64,000 nt of DNA, from contig CM126211.1 in the NCBI GenBank assembly GCA_052327205.1, positions 29,016,001-29,080,000 of the forward strand, given 5' to 3'. The notes below the pieces were generated by a model. That model made no database searches. It was given only the letters and a program-made list of their open reading frames with translations, and was not told where the DNA came from. This document shows, one piece after another, positions 50,275-62,149 of the stretch. The translations under genes and the position numbers were made by a program. The stretch is from Somniosus microcephalus. Lineage: Eukaryota. Positions within the stretch are counted from its first letter, which is position 1. Each line of letters begins with the position of its first letter.

Positions 50275-51850
50275 TCGCGTGGATGTGGTATATATGGACT
50301 TGCCGAAAGATTTTGAAAAGGTGTTCGTGACAAACGTATGTGGAGTCGGGGCCAGGTAGCAGAATGGATTGAACAAAGCAGAAAACAGAGGGCAGGAGTT
50401 AAGGGATGTTCCTCATCCTGGCAGAAAGTGGGATGTGGTGCCCTGCAGGAATCCATGCTGTGCTGGGACTACTGTTGTTTGTCATATACATACATACATA
50501 CATACATGATTTAGACTCAGGAATTGGAGATATGGTGTTAAAATGTGCAGATAATACCAAATTAAGGGGTATAGCTAATACAGGTACACTATCCCTTATC
50601 CGAAAGCCTTGGGACCAGCTGAGTTTCAGATTTCGGAATTTTTCGGATTTCAGAAGGTATTATTATAAGACTGGGAAATTTGTATTTAATATAAATTTTA
50701 AAAGTTCAGGCTACCTCTTGCGACTGTTCCGTGTCTCATTCCCCTTCCTGCTTCTCTGGAAAGCCAGATATCGGCTGACTCCTACTAAGCTGGCCTGCAA
50801 ATCAGGTCGGGGTTGGGGGGAAGAAAAGAATATCGGACGGGCTGCGGTTCGGGTCGGGTAGAAAAGAATATCGGATGGGTCGGGGGGGGGGGGGGAGGTC
50901 GGAAAGAATATCGGACGGGCCGCGGTTTGGGTCGGGTCGCGAGTCGTGCGCACGACTTACGCTGAACGAAAAAACTTTTGGTTTTTAGAGGTTTTCGGAA
51001 GTTCGGATAAAGGATAGTCTACCTGTAATGTAAAAGACTACCAAAATACAGGAAGACAAACAGGCTTGCAGAGTAGGCAGATAAATGGCAAACAATATTC
51101 AATATAGGGAAGTGCAAGGTGGTTCATTTTGGTAGCCACATCTCTTGGATGGCAAGAAACTGAATATGGTAGAAGAGCAAAGAGATCTGGGAATCCAGAT
51201 ATATAAAATCGCAAAAAAATAGTAACAAGTTAATAAGGTCATAAAGAGTTCCAACCAAGTACTGGGATTCATTTCTGGAGGAAAATAATACAAAAGCAGG
51301 GTGGTAATGTTAGTTATATAGAAACTCGGTTAGACCACACTGAGTACTGTGCACAGTTCTGGTCTCCATACCACAAAAACAATATTGAAACACTGGAGAA
51401 AGTGCAGATAGGATGTTACCAGAATTGATGGGGAATAACTATCAGGAAAGATTGAGCAGGCTGGGGCTCTTTTCCCCTGGAAAAAAGATGGAGGAGAACT
51501 GGTAGAGGGCTTTACAATTATGAAGAGATTCTATAGGGCGGCTGTGGAGAAATGGCTTCCACTTGTGAGCAAGTCCCGAATCAGGGGGAATAACTATAGG
51601 ATAGCCACTAACAGATCAAACAAAGAATTTAGGAGAAATTTCTGTACAGGGAGTGGCGAGAATGTGGAACTTACTGCCACGTGGAATGGTTGAAACAGAT
51701 AGCATTGACTCATTTAAGGGGAGCCTTGATGCATACATGAGGGAGAATGAAATAGAGGGATATGGGGGCAGAGTGGGAAGAGGCTTGTCTGGAGTATTAA
51801 CACTAGCATAGACCAACTGGGCTGTTTCAGTGCTGTAGATTCTATGTAAT
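50275..51850 (+). mobile_element. Old CR1 copy interrupted by a Tigger-type MITE
   Basis: DVVYMDL, LGLLLFVIYI, ADNTKL, RPH-EYCAQFWSP-coding segments; CR1 sequence resumes after 51027. Confidence 0.75.
50581..51025. mobile_element. Tigger/pogo-type MITE (MER46-like ends)
   Basis: TA TSD; TIRs CAGGTACACTATCCCTTATCCGAA / TTCGGATAAAGGATAGTCTACCTG; internal GC-rich repeats AAGAATATCGGAYGGG. Confidence 0.85.
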
Positions 51851-53511
51851 ACCATATCGAGTGGAGGACTGGATCAGCTCAAATTCAATAAAAGGAGCAC
51901 TCTTACCTGTGAGAGTAGGGAGACATAGCATCCTCAGCAAGTCAGAATCTTTGACCCACCCTCTCCCACAAGTTCCTGCCCACTCTGCAGATGCTGAATG
52001 GCACCCACCCACAAATGTTCTAATCTGCCTGGGGGGAGCGTAATTACAGTGAGAAGGCTATTAGCGACTAATACCACTGATTCCGATGTATCCAGTTGCT
52101 CCCATTAGGATATCCTAGGCAAAAAGAGGTAATGGAGGAAGACAAGGAAGATGACAATGAGTGCACACCCAGAAATAACCTGGGAGTGGGAGTGGACAAG
52201 AAGAATTTTGCTTTCAGTTGCCTTACTGTCCATCCACGACGGAATATCCACTCTCTGGTAGTTTAAGTAATACGCTGCAAATAAGGGCACCTGTTTCAAT
52301 CCCCACAGATGCATCCACTCTCTTGATTCTACTCCAGGATAGAAAGTGTATCAGTGTGGAAATGGGACAGCTTCTTTTTCTGGAGTGGAGCTTTCTGCAC
52401 ATGCCTCCCTTTCATTCCCACCATCCCGGTTCCCTAGCTGCTGCAGAAGGCACTAGCAGACCAAGTGAAACATATTCGGATTGCGCGGTCAGCTGTGCTT
52501 CCTTGTGATTTTGTCCATGACTAGTGCCAGCACCTCGGAAATGCTCTTCTGTATCTCTCTAGTATTTTCTCAAAAATTCATCTCCGTGTAATACCCTCAC
52601 CAAATTCTGTTACACAGTCAACTATAAAATAATCTTGTCCTGGAGGATTTGGGAAAGTTTTTGCTACAATTTTGGATCCTGAAGGGTGAATTGGAGACAT
52701 ATCAGGATGAACTTCAATACTGGACAAAACTGTATTAGCTATTGTACTTGTGACTAATGTTATATAAATGATACAGCAGTTAAACATTGGAGCAAAAAGG
52801 GATAAACACACATCAGACAAAAATAAATAAGCGTCACTTTCAAACTTTGGAACACATTCCACCTTAATATAAATGAATAAATATACAATAGATGTTGGCA
52901 TTTTCCATTCTGTGGGGTCTCAAAGCCAATACACAAGTACTGTACACGGTGTTGAGTTCCAAGGGTCCTTGACACAAGAGCCAAAGTCTGTGGTAATGAT
53001 ACCATCTTAAGCTGTTCTTTTCAAAATGAAGGAATTTAAAGATCCAAGAGATTAAAAACTTCATTCCTTTGAGAACAAAGTAATAGAAACAAAACCCCTT
53101 ATTTTGTAGCCTAATGGAATCTTTTCTGTGATTGAGAAAAGTAGAGGTTTCTCGACTTCCAGAAACAAAAGTTCTTTGGCAGCACTTTGACTGGACCAGA
53201 AGTAAATGTCAATGACTTTACAAGTTCAAACTCAATAGCACAATTGATATAAACTTACATAACAAACTTTGAATGTAGTTAGACAAATAAAACTTGGAAG
53301 ATGAATATTTCATCGTGTGCCAGCAGCAAAGTTAACAGGAGACTGGAGACTGAGTGAGACACTTTGGAGTCATCTAGAATTTGTCAGAAAAGTAACCAAC
53401 CCGTCTATTGCTAAGCATACTCTTTTCCAGCCTTGCCTTAAACACACTTTTGACCCCAACATAACTAATGTATTTCAATTAAAAACTAAATTCAGGTAAC
53501 TTGTTAACACT

Positions 53512-53766
53512 GGCCCGGATTTTGCGGAGGGTAGTAACGGTGAACTGTCTGCGTTCGCAGTCATGACCCCTGTGAAACTGACCGCAACTTCAGGATGCAG
53601 CACAGGCGCATCCTAAAGGCAGAAATCCTGAAGTTGTGGTCAGTTTCAGGGGGGTCATGACCCGCTGCCTGGATTTTGCAGGCAGTCATTCACTGCTCCG
53701 ACACTGGCTTTCTTCGGGGCCAGCGGCAAGCGCCTTTTCTTTGCTGCTGACCGCAAATTACAGGCC
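53512..53766. mobile_element. Palindromic MITE, probably PIF/Harbinger-derived
   Basis: TIRs GGCCCGGATTTTGCGG / CCGCAAATTACAGGCC; long internal inverted repeat 53560-53661; flanks ACT / AAT. Confidence 0.65.
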
Positions 53767-56214
53767 AATTATAAGATAATAACGTTTAGAAAGATTAAGG
53801 GCAGAACCTTTTCCTGTAACTTATATACATTACGGGCAGTTTCTCTGTACAGCAGGGGGAACCAAAATCAACGCTGGGCTAGATTTACTGTAGCAGGGCA
53901 TCCAACAGCATCTGCCAACAGCTAGACTTGCCCCTGCACCCTTCAGCTGAAAATGGTTTTTGCCCATTACGCTGTTGAAGGTGCGAGCTGATAACTGCGC
54001 AGTGAGGGAACAGGCACCTGGGATCTCAGTGAACAGGGCATCTCCGTAACCAATGAGATATGAGGATTGGGAAATAAACAAAGTCTGAGAAGGAGGGTGA
54101 ATTAAAGCTGGTGAATTCAATGTCAAATGAGGTACAGAAAGAGAACTAGAGGGAAAGAAAGATTGGTTAAGAGAGCAAGAGAGAAAAAAGACAAAGGAAA
54201 AGAGAAAAAAAATTAAAATTTGACATTTAAATCTCCTAAAACAATTCACAACCTGAAGGAATGAGACTCCGTACTTATAATAGTTCATTTTCGGTGCCAG
54301 AGAGGTTGATGGGCAATCAACACATATCACATCATTAAAAGGGTACTTACACTTGTGATTACTAGCCCTAATTACCTGTGGTGGGTTTAGTTCATAGTTT
54401 GTCTGCAATTACACTAAATTCACAACATTCAATGCCTGCCAATGGTAAGGCAGGCAGCAAAATGCTGTTTCCGTGAAGCACCTCTGACAGCAACCTTTGG
54501 CTATTTGGCATTTAACCGTGCATCTGCCCCTTGCCTGAAGTTGCTGTACAATTTACGCATAAGTAACGGTGAGCGTCATTACCCTCACTGTTATTTTGAC
54601 AGCAACATCTGGCCCAATGTTGCTACATGGTCTAAAGGAAGTGTCCCAATGGCTTCCCCCATTCTACATTAGGATGACAACATTTATTTATACACAAAAG
54701 TTGAACAAGTGAAGAAAAGATGCAACTTTTCTTCAAGAAAGTCATTAATTTTTTTTGCTAATTAGGTGTCTTTTTGTCAACAGATTGGTCTCGGACTCTC
54801 TACCCACCACTAATATAAACCGCAAATATACCCCTACAAATGTATAAGTATAAACATTTGCAAATTAATGGTTACAGAATATTTGTGATAAATATAATTG
54901 AAATTCTTGCATCTCGTTTGCATCTGTAGTCAGTGGACAAGTTGTCTACCACACTTTGAATGAAGTGCAATACATATAAAACGCCCTTCATACTTGCTCC
55001 CAGCCCCACCTTCTTTCGCTCAACCATACATATTTCATCGCCTCTCCAACAGCCTCTCCCACCCAATCCCAGTACCCACCTCCAACATGTTGTTCCCATC
55101 AAACTGAATGCGAGGGTCATTGAGACAAAGGGAAAGAGAGATTCAAGACAGCAACTATAAGAAAGTCAGGCATAAAAGCAACACAGTGAGAAGTGAAAGC
55201 CAGAGAGAAAGGGGACAGAAGACAAAGACACAGCAAGGGACACAAAAATGAGTGGGAAAGCAAAGGCAATTACATGTTTCACTTTGTGAGCAATGCCATG
55301 TAGTTACACTGTGTGTTAAATGGCTCCTGTAACTATAAAACAGCAAATCTTATGACTTAAGAGCAATGCAAAAATAACACAGTTGATCAGTTTGCTGCCT
55401 TTGTGCAATCTGATCAGGCCATGACCTGAACTCGAAGTTTAACGCCTCATTTCTTATTGTCTGACTGCTCCCTTAGGCTGAAGTGCCATTTTGTGCATTA
55501 TAAGGAGGGAACAAAATATCACATGCTGCATCACTCAAAGATACCAACACGTTTTTTGACTTTTAAGTAAGCTCAAGCTTTCCATATCCTAATTTTATTT
55601 TTATTTTATTTTATTTATTTTTTTAAAAAGGGGGTATGGGTGGGTGGAATTGAATATTCAAGGATATTGCTGTAACACAAAACAAACAGGACAAGGCCCC
55701 AGCTGCTGATGACTAGAGAGAGTGAATGTCTCTGGGAGGCTGATGGGGGTGGACTCAGAGATGCTTCGGTGAAGGCAGGAGACAAAAAGGGGGACTTCAA
55801 TTCTGTTGACATTGAACTGAAGGAAATGGATCCAGCAACTGATGCCAGATAGGCAGCCAGATAGTATAGCCACAGCATCGGGAGTCTACCGTGGTGGAAG
55901 GGGGAGAGTGACCTTTTTTGTTCCCAATATGCATGTTGAATTTTGAAAGCAAACAAGATAGAAAAGAAGAGTAGGAGGGAAAACAGGCTGAGCGAACGGA
56001 TCTCTGGCCAATTGCCACTCACCCTCGGAGGGGACAAGTGGGAGTGAGGAGAGTGTGGATGGTGATTCAGGAGGAGATCATTGTGGACCAAGGATGGAGG
56101 ATACAGGTGTTCCGCAGGTAGTTCAAAAGGGGAAGAGGTAGGGGTGGCATGAAGGGAGGTTGATCACAGGAATATGAGATGCGATGGGAGGAAAAGGGCA
56201 GATTAATGCACAAG

Positions 56215-56590
56215 TGTTTTTTTTTATTTGCTCTTGGGATGTGGGTGACGTGGGCATGGATTCATTTACTGCCCATTCCTAGTTGCCCTGCAAATGTGCT
56301 GGTGAGCCTTCTCCTCGAATAGCTGAAGTCCTTGTAGTGATGGTCCTTTGACAATGGAGTTAGGTAGGGAATTCCTGCGATGAAGGAATAGCAACGTATG
56401 TCCAAGTCATAATAGTGTGTGACCTGAAGTGGAACTTGGAAGGTGTTCGCACAACATTGCTACCCTTGTGCTTCTTGGTGGTAGAGGTGACAGAGGAGGT
56501 CGGTACTGTCAAAGTAACCTTGATGAGCTACTGCAGTGCACATCCTACAGATCATACCTAGTTCACCAGTGCTGGATATTGTTTGAGGGA
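56215..56590 (-). mobile_element. 3' part of an unassigned non-LTR retrotransposon family
   Basis: Tail GGGATGTGGGTGACGTGGGC...CATTTACTGCCCATTCCTAGTTGCCC related to copies at about 9950 and 17730. Confidence 0.6.
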
Positions 56591-58599
56591 GGATGGGAAG
56601 CAAGCTACTGAGGACTATACTTCCCGAGCAACGCCACACCAATGCGGCCACTGCTGGGTCCTTTCTCCCCTACAACACACCATCTCATGCCATTGCTGAC
56701 CCCTCAAAGGAAAGAAGAAAAGGGACAGAAATTAAAAGACAGCCGAGAAAGAGAAAACAGAAAAGGAGACGGAGAAACAGCAACACAAAGGCAGCAGAGA
56801 CAGGCAAGAGAGAGACCATATTCTCTAACTTACATTGTACAATGCCACGGAAGATCAACTAGAGATATTAACAATCTTACATATACATGTACTTGTTTTT
56901 TGCATTATAAATGTCAATTTTGGTATAGTCTGTTATGAGAAAATGCATTAAAAAAATTCTCTAATTCTGGTGTTACTATATTGTCTCATTGGAAGGCATT
57001 TTTATTTTTGAAGAATGCAGGCAATGACAGACATTTGGTTTTCCCGCTGACTTGTAAATGTAAACGACCTGATCATCGCTGCTGCAGCAGCGACCCACTT
57101 TTTTTTGTAGGTCTTGTGAGCCGTCACTGGATTGACTGGTTCTGCTTCATGCCCACTAAAGGCGAAGAGTAGTAATATCAAGTGTTACAATCTGGTGTTA
57201 CCAGTTTTAAAATCTGCCCGTTTCAAGTACACAGACCCTACTGACATAACTTTGCTATAAGCATGAGCAGAAAAATGGATCTCCATATTTGCAATTGGTG
57301 TTCTGTGGGTTTACAGACAACCGCAGGGGAAAACAAAATAAACAGGGTAGGGCAGTGCCGAAGAAAATACGGCACCTTTTTTCTCAAATTCCTCTTCAGT
57401 AGGGTAAAAGCACATGTTTGTTGCAGATATTGTAGACCTGATGCATTCATTACAGTACAATACTTCTTAAAAAAGATAACCATACAAATCCTACAAGTAT
57501 ACTAAAGATACCATGAAGTATCAGCTTTTGGTGAGAGTGTAAAATTGTATTAACACTTGAAATATATTTAGCTATTGGTTTTAGCCAATTACATTGTAGA
57601 AATATAATTTATGTTCGTCTGCTTCAACCGCCACAGGAAGGAAACAGTAACTGAAAATAGTGCACACATTTAATACTTACTTGCAGGCAACGAATATTTT
57701 AACAAATCTAGTCTTCTCTAAAATGAACTGTTTGGGGTCCGGGGGGGGGGGGGGGGGGGGAGGGAGGGGCGCGGTGAAGAAAAGGGAAGGCATTATCACT
57801 TAACCAGTTGTAAATGGTCCCTTCTCAGATAAATATTAGTTTAACAATTACTTTAAAGTAGTATAGTTACATTTTGACAAATATAGAAAGAATTTTGATA
57901 AAAAAAGGAGATACTTTGATCAGCTTTTTAAATAGCAGTAAGGAATGGTACACGAGCAATCAACGGTCAGGTCAGTAAGTAGGCCTCAAATATCAAGAAA
58001 TACAAACTGCAGTAATAACTTACAAATGCATCGACAGGGTTACTGACGAAAATTGTCACTTACAGCACAAATTAAGACAAAGATCCTGCCAACTCTTGCT
58101 AAACCCGTGATTGCATACGTTTGGATTCTGTTATCTATACTACATTGCAAAGCAAGCATTTTTGACGTTCATCACTTGCAGTGTGTTTGATACAGCAATG
58201 AAATTTTTTTTTTTTTTTTTTTTTTTAAGTTCATGGTCTTCCAAGTATCTATGTAGATATAGTACCGAGTACAAGACTGGGAACCCAAAGAGTGGATGAT
58301 TATAGCAAATCCACATACAGTAAAATACTCACCCATGTGCTGCCACAGTACTAATAAACAACACATCTTGCTTCAGAGGGGGAAGTTGAAAAACTGTCGA
58401 CAGGTCGCTGAAATGACCTGGGACTAAACAAATTCAGCAGAAGTAAAGCAGAAGCTGAAGGAGCTCTCCTAAATGATGGGAGTTCTCTTTTCACGTTCAC
58501 CAATTCTCCCTCCCCAACAACAACAAAAAACCTACTTCTGCAGTCACCTCGTGGATCTTTAAATATCTGGATTTCCATTCTAGATTGGGGAAAAGAGAG

Positions 58600-59290
58600 A
58601 AATCGCGCAAACTCTTGTACTTACATGGGTTCGAGGGTCTTGGTGAGCCACGACTTGAGTGCATCGAGATTTTCTATCATCATCGTGATCAATTCTGGGG
58701 AAGGGGGAGAGGGAGAGGGGTAACAGGGGAGAGGGGTAACAAGGGCCGGGCCGAGCCGAGCCGCCCTCGTCAAGACAGTAACCACGGGGCAGAGGAGATG
58801 GAGACAAAAAGTGGGTGGGGAGGGGTGCCCCTGATCTAAAAGAGCAGTTTTGTTTTCCCCCCTTTGGAAGGAAAGGGGGAGGTGGGGGTCAGAGTCCGAG
58901 CATCAACAAAAAAAGGCCCAAAACAAACAGCAGCGGCGGAGGTTGCAAACTCAACGTGTCCACACGGCGCACAGTGCCCGGCCTGCAAATACTTTTTTTT
59001 CTAAAAAAGGCCTCCGCACGGGGGAAAAGAATGAGTGAGGGAGAGGATGAAGCTTAAAACGCGCGGCGTATTTCACCAGCCGGGCCCAAAGCACCAGCTT
59101 AAAACTAACATTTCTGCTTTTTTTTTTCCTCTTTCGGCCGCTCTCGCTCTTCGCTAGTTTGTTCAGAAAATGGCGGCCTCCTACTCTCGGCCCGGGCCGC
59201 AGCTCTCGCGATGTTTCCCGCGGAGGGGGGGCGGGGCCGGCGTTGAGTGTCAATTTAAGATAAGTTCCAAAGTGCGCCACCCGAACTCAG
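58600..59290 (-). promoter_or_regulatory. CpG-island promoter and 5' UTR of RBM26
   Basis: CpG-dense; YY1-type AAAATGGCGGC at 59167-59177, TCTCGCGA (BANP/ZBTB33-like) at 59204-59211, E2F-type TTTCCCGC at 59214-59221, GC box GGGGCGGGGC at 59228-59237; no obvious TATA. TSS position is inferred. Confidence 0.8.
58625..58683 (-). CDS. RBM26: RBM26 exon 1 coding part (MMIENLDALKSWLTKTLEP-I), start of PWI domain
   Basis: ATG ATG ATA GAA AAT ... CCC AT|gtaagt; 59 nt, phase 2; lies in CpG island. Confidence 0.92.
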
Positions 59291-59404
59291 GAAACCTCCT
59301 GTGCTCAATCGATGGTGCTTGTTTCCAGCTTATCCAAATTCATTGACAACTTTAAAAGCTCAGCAAGGAAACACTGGAGGTCCAAAAGAGATTTAAGCGA
59401 CACC

Positions 59405-59862
59405 GAAAGAAAGAAAGACTTGCATTTATATAGCGCCTTTCACGACTACCGGACATCTCAAAAGCACTTTACAGCCAATTAAGTACTTTTTGAAGTGGAG
59501 TCATTGTTGTAATGTGGGAAACGCAGAAGCCAATTTGTGCACAGCAAGGTCCCACAAACAGCAAGGTGATAATGACCAGATAATCTGTTTTTGTTATGTT
59601 GGTTGAGGCCACCAGGGAGAACTCCTTTGCTCTTCTTTGAAATACTGCCATGGGATCTTTTACGTCCATCTGAGAGAGCAGATGGGGCCTCGGTTTAACG
59701 TCTCATCTGAAAGACAGCACCTCCGACAGTACAGCAGTCCCTCAGCACTGCACTGGAGCGTCAGCCTAGCTTTTTATGTGCTCAAGACCCTAGAGTGGGA
59801 CTTGAACCCACAACCTTCTGACTCAGAGGCCAGTGTGCTACCAACTGAGCCACAGCGATCAC
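59405..59862 (-). mobile_element. tRNA-headed Deu-domain SINE, full length
   Basis: TGGCTCAGTTGG and GGTTCAAGTCC boxes, core, tail GAAAGGCGCTATATAAATGCAAGTC(TTTC)n. Confidence 0.82.
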
Positions 59863-59871
59863 TAAATTGTA

Positions 59872-61017
59872 GTAACAACAGCAAATGCTGGAAAAACTCA
59901 GCAGGTCAGGCAACATCTGTGGAGAGAAATTTGAGTTGACGTTTCGGGTCGAACCCTTCTTCAAAACTGGAAAGAAAAGAAACTAGATCGAAGGCAGGGC
60001 TGCGATCGGACAAAAGAATAAAAGAAACAAAAGAAGTAAAAGAGATTAGAAGCTAGACGAGATGGTAATAGGCTAAGATTAGGTGTAAAGTGTACTGGCA
60101 GGGCAAGAGATAGCTGCCAGGTGTGAGAGAGAAACAAAAGGGGGGGGAAAGGAGTGGAAAAATTACAGGAAAAAATGAAATAGGGGCCGAGCTTATGATC
60201 TGAAATTGTTGAACTCGATATTGAGTCCGGAAGGCTGCAGAGTGCCTAATCGGAAGATGAGGTGCTGTTCCTCGAGTTTACGTTGAGCTTCCGTGGAACA
60301 ATACAAGAGGCCAAGGACGGTGAGGTCCGAGTGGGAATGGAGCGGTGAATTAAAATGACAGGCGACCGGAAGCTCGGGGTCACCCTTACGGACTGAACGG
60401 AGGTGTTCCGCAAAGCGGTCACCCAATCTGCGTTTGGTCTCCCCAATGTAGAGGAGACCGCATCGTGAGCAGTGAATACAGTATACTAGATTGCGAGAAG
60501 TACAAGTAAATCGCTGTTTCACCTGGAAGGGGTGTTTGGGGCCCTGGACAGTGGGAAGGGGGGAGGTATAGGGGCAGGTGTTACATCTCCTCCGCTTGCA
60601 CGGGAAGGTGCCAGGCGAAGGGGAAGGGCTGTTTGGGGTGATAGAGGAGTGGACTAGGGTGTCTCGGAGGGAGCGGTCCCTGCGGAATGCTGAAAGGGGA
60701 GGGGAGGGGAAGATACGTTTGGTGGTGGGATCACTTGGGAGGTAGCGGAAATGTGGGAGGATGATCCGTTGAATGTGGAGGCTGGTGGGGTGAAAGGTGA
60801 GGACAAGGGGAACCCTATCGTGGTTCCGGGAGGGAGGGGCAGGGGTGAGGGCAGAAGTGCGGGAGATAGAACTGACACGGCCGAGGGCAGTGTCAACCAC
60901 GGTAGAGGGGAATCCTCGGTTGCGGAAAAAGGAAGACATGTCTGAAGCACTGGCGTGGAAGGTGGCATCGTCGGAGCAGATACGGCGGAGACGGAGAAAC
61001 TGGGAGAATGGAATAGA
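59872..61017 (-). mobile_element. Penelope-like retroelement, 5'-truncated (RT thumb plus GIY-YIG endonuclease, 3' tail)
   Basis: ORF 60193-60939 with CKRRRCNTC and LVYCIHCSRCGLLYIGETKRRLGDRFAEH...GLN; the same frame continues upstream as IPFSQFLRLRRICS. Confidence 0.9.
59934..59968 (-). ncRNA. Minimal type I hammerhead ribozyme motif in the Penelope tail (C3U variant)
   Basis: AGUU-UUGAAGA-A-GGGU UCG ACCC-GAAAC GUC-AACU: stem I, stem II and core present; palindromic ACGU in place of stem III. Confidence 0.6.
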
Positions 61018-61029
61018 TTGTAGTGGTCA

Positions 61030-61600
61030 GTTCCAAAAAAAAATCAAAAAAGCTGTTGGATTGTTAGCCTTTCTAGCTAGAGGGCTAAACTATAAAGGGG
61101 AGGAGGTTTTGCTACAGCTATACAAAGCCCTGTTAAGACCACATCTGGAGTACTGTATACAGTTCTGTGCACCGCACCTTCGAAAGGATATATTGGCCTT
61201 GGAAGGATTGAGCACAAGGCTTCAAGGATTAAATTATGAGGAGAGATTGCATAAACAAGGCTTGTATTCTCTAGACGGTTAAGAGGTGATTTGATTGAGG
61301 AATTTAGGATTTTGAAAGGAATTGACATGGTAGAGAGAGAGATGCTTTTTCAGCTGGTGTAGGGCAAAGGGACAGAACCTTAAAATCAGAGCTAGGCCAC
61401 TCAGGTGAGAAGTTAGGAAGTCTCTCCCACAAGTAGCAGTCGATGCCAGCTCAATTAATGTATTTAAATCTGAGATTGATAGATTTTTTACTAGCCAAGG
61501 GTATTAAGGGATATGGCATTAGAATTCCGATCAGTCATAATCTCACTGAATGGCGGAACAGGCTCAAGGGGCTGAATGGCCTACTCATGTTCCTATGTAA
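61030..61600 (+). mobile_element. CR1 LINE 3' fragment
   Basis: YKGEEVLLQLYKALLRPHLEYCIQF and CR1 tail. Confidence 0.85.
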
Positions 61601-62149
61601 TGCTTCCATGTTAATTTATAATGTATTAAAATTTATTACATTTGCATTCCCTGTCATTTTCCATTATGAATTTCAATGTCCACAATTTATAATGGAAAGG
61701 TGGAACAGTAGCTGAGATTTCCAAGCTTTGAGCAGGACGTTTGGGTCTTTCTGGCAGGTGTGCTTTTTTGAAGTGCCTGCTGACATCTATCCCCTAACAG
61801 CCTTTAGGAGATCGAACCAGATAGGAGTTGGGGACCATAGAAGAGAAAGAATTATCCCAAGCGGCCAGATACTTCGGTCAAACAAATACTGGAGGAACCA
61901 GAGATACACAGAGGAGCTCAAGGAAGAGAAAAGAGCCAGCAAATGGTAGCAATAATACCTCATAGTAAGTAGAAAAGCTACATTGGACAATGGGAATCAG
62001 ACTCAGAGACCTGCAAAGGAGGCCAGAGAGACTTGAATTAAACAATTATTTTAAAATAAAAGATTATTTGGAAGGAAATGGTGAAGGAGAAATATTTGCA
62101 ATGGAAGAAATGGGAGAACTGCTGGACAGTTTAATTGATGCTTTATTAC

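Larger units (their letters stand above)
1324..58683 (-). other. RBM26: RBM26 gene span (coding exons 1-20; 3' exons lie outside the window)
   Basis: 20 exons joined at GT-AG sites with consistent phases give 939 codons that follow recalled human RBM26 (e.g. ENLDALKSWLTKTLEPICDADPSALAKY, RCRDYDEKGFCMRGDMCPFDHGSDP, NTKLELRKIPQELNNISKLNEHF); closer to RBM26 than to the paralog RBM27. Confidence 0.95.

Noticed and set aside
52200-53200. L1/Tx1 ORF1-like relic
   Set aside because: Only faint motif resemblance; too decayed to support without a search.
53830-54408. 192-aa minus-strand ORF
   Set aside because: Non-ATG start, low-complexity, lies in a probable non-autonomous DNA transposon.
1324-58683. 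Assignment as RBM27
   Set aside because: Diagnostic stretches (KKFPRRLNHSP, SGHYPVPTLSS, GLTKTVYNPAALKA, MKSEDKAEIMKTL) follow RBM26; only the exon 10 extension is RBM27-like.
60797-61282. 161-aa plus-strand ORF
   Set aside because: Chance fusion of antisense Penelope sequence with a CR1 ORF2 fragment.
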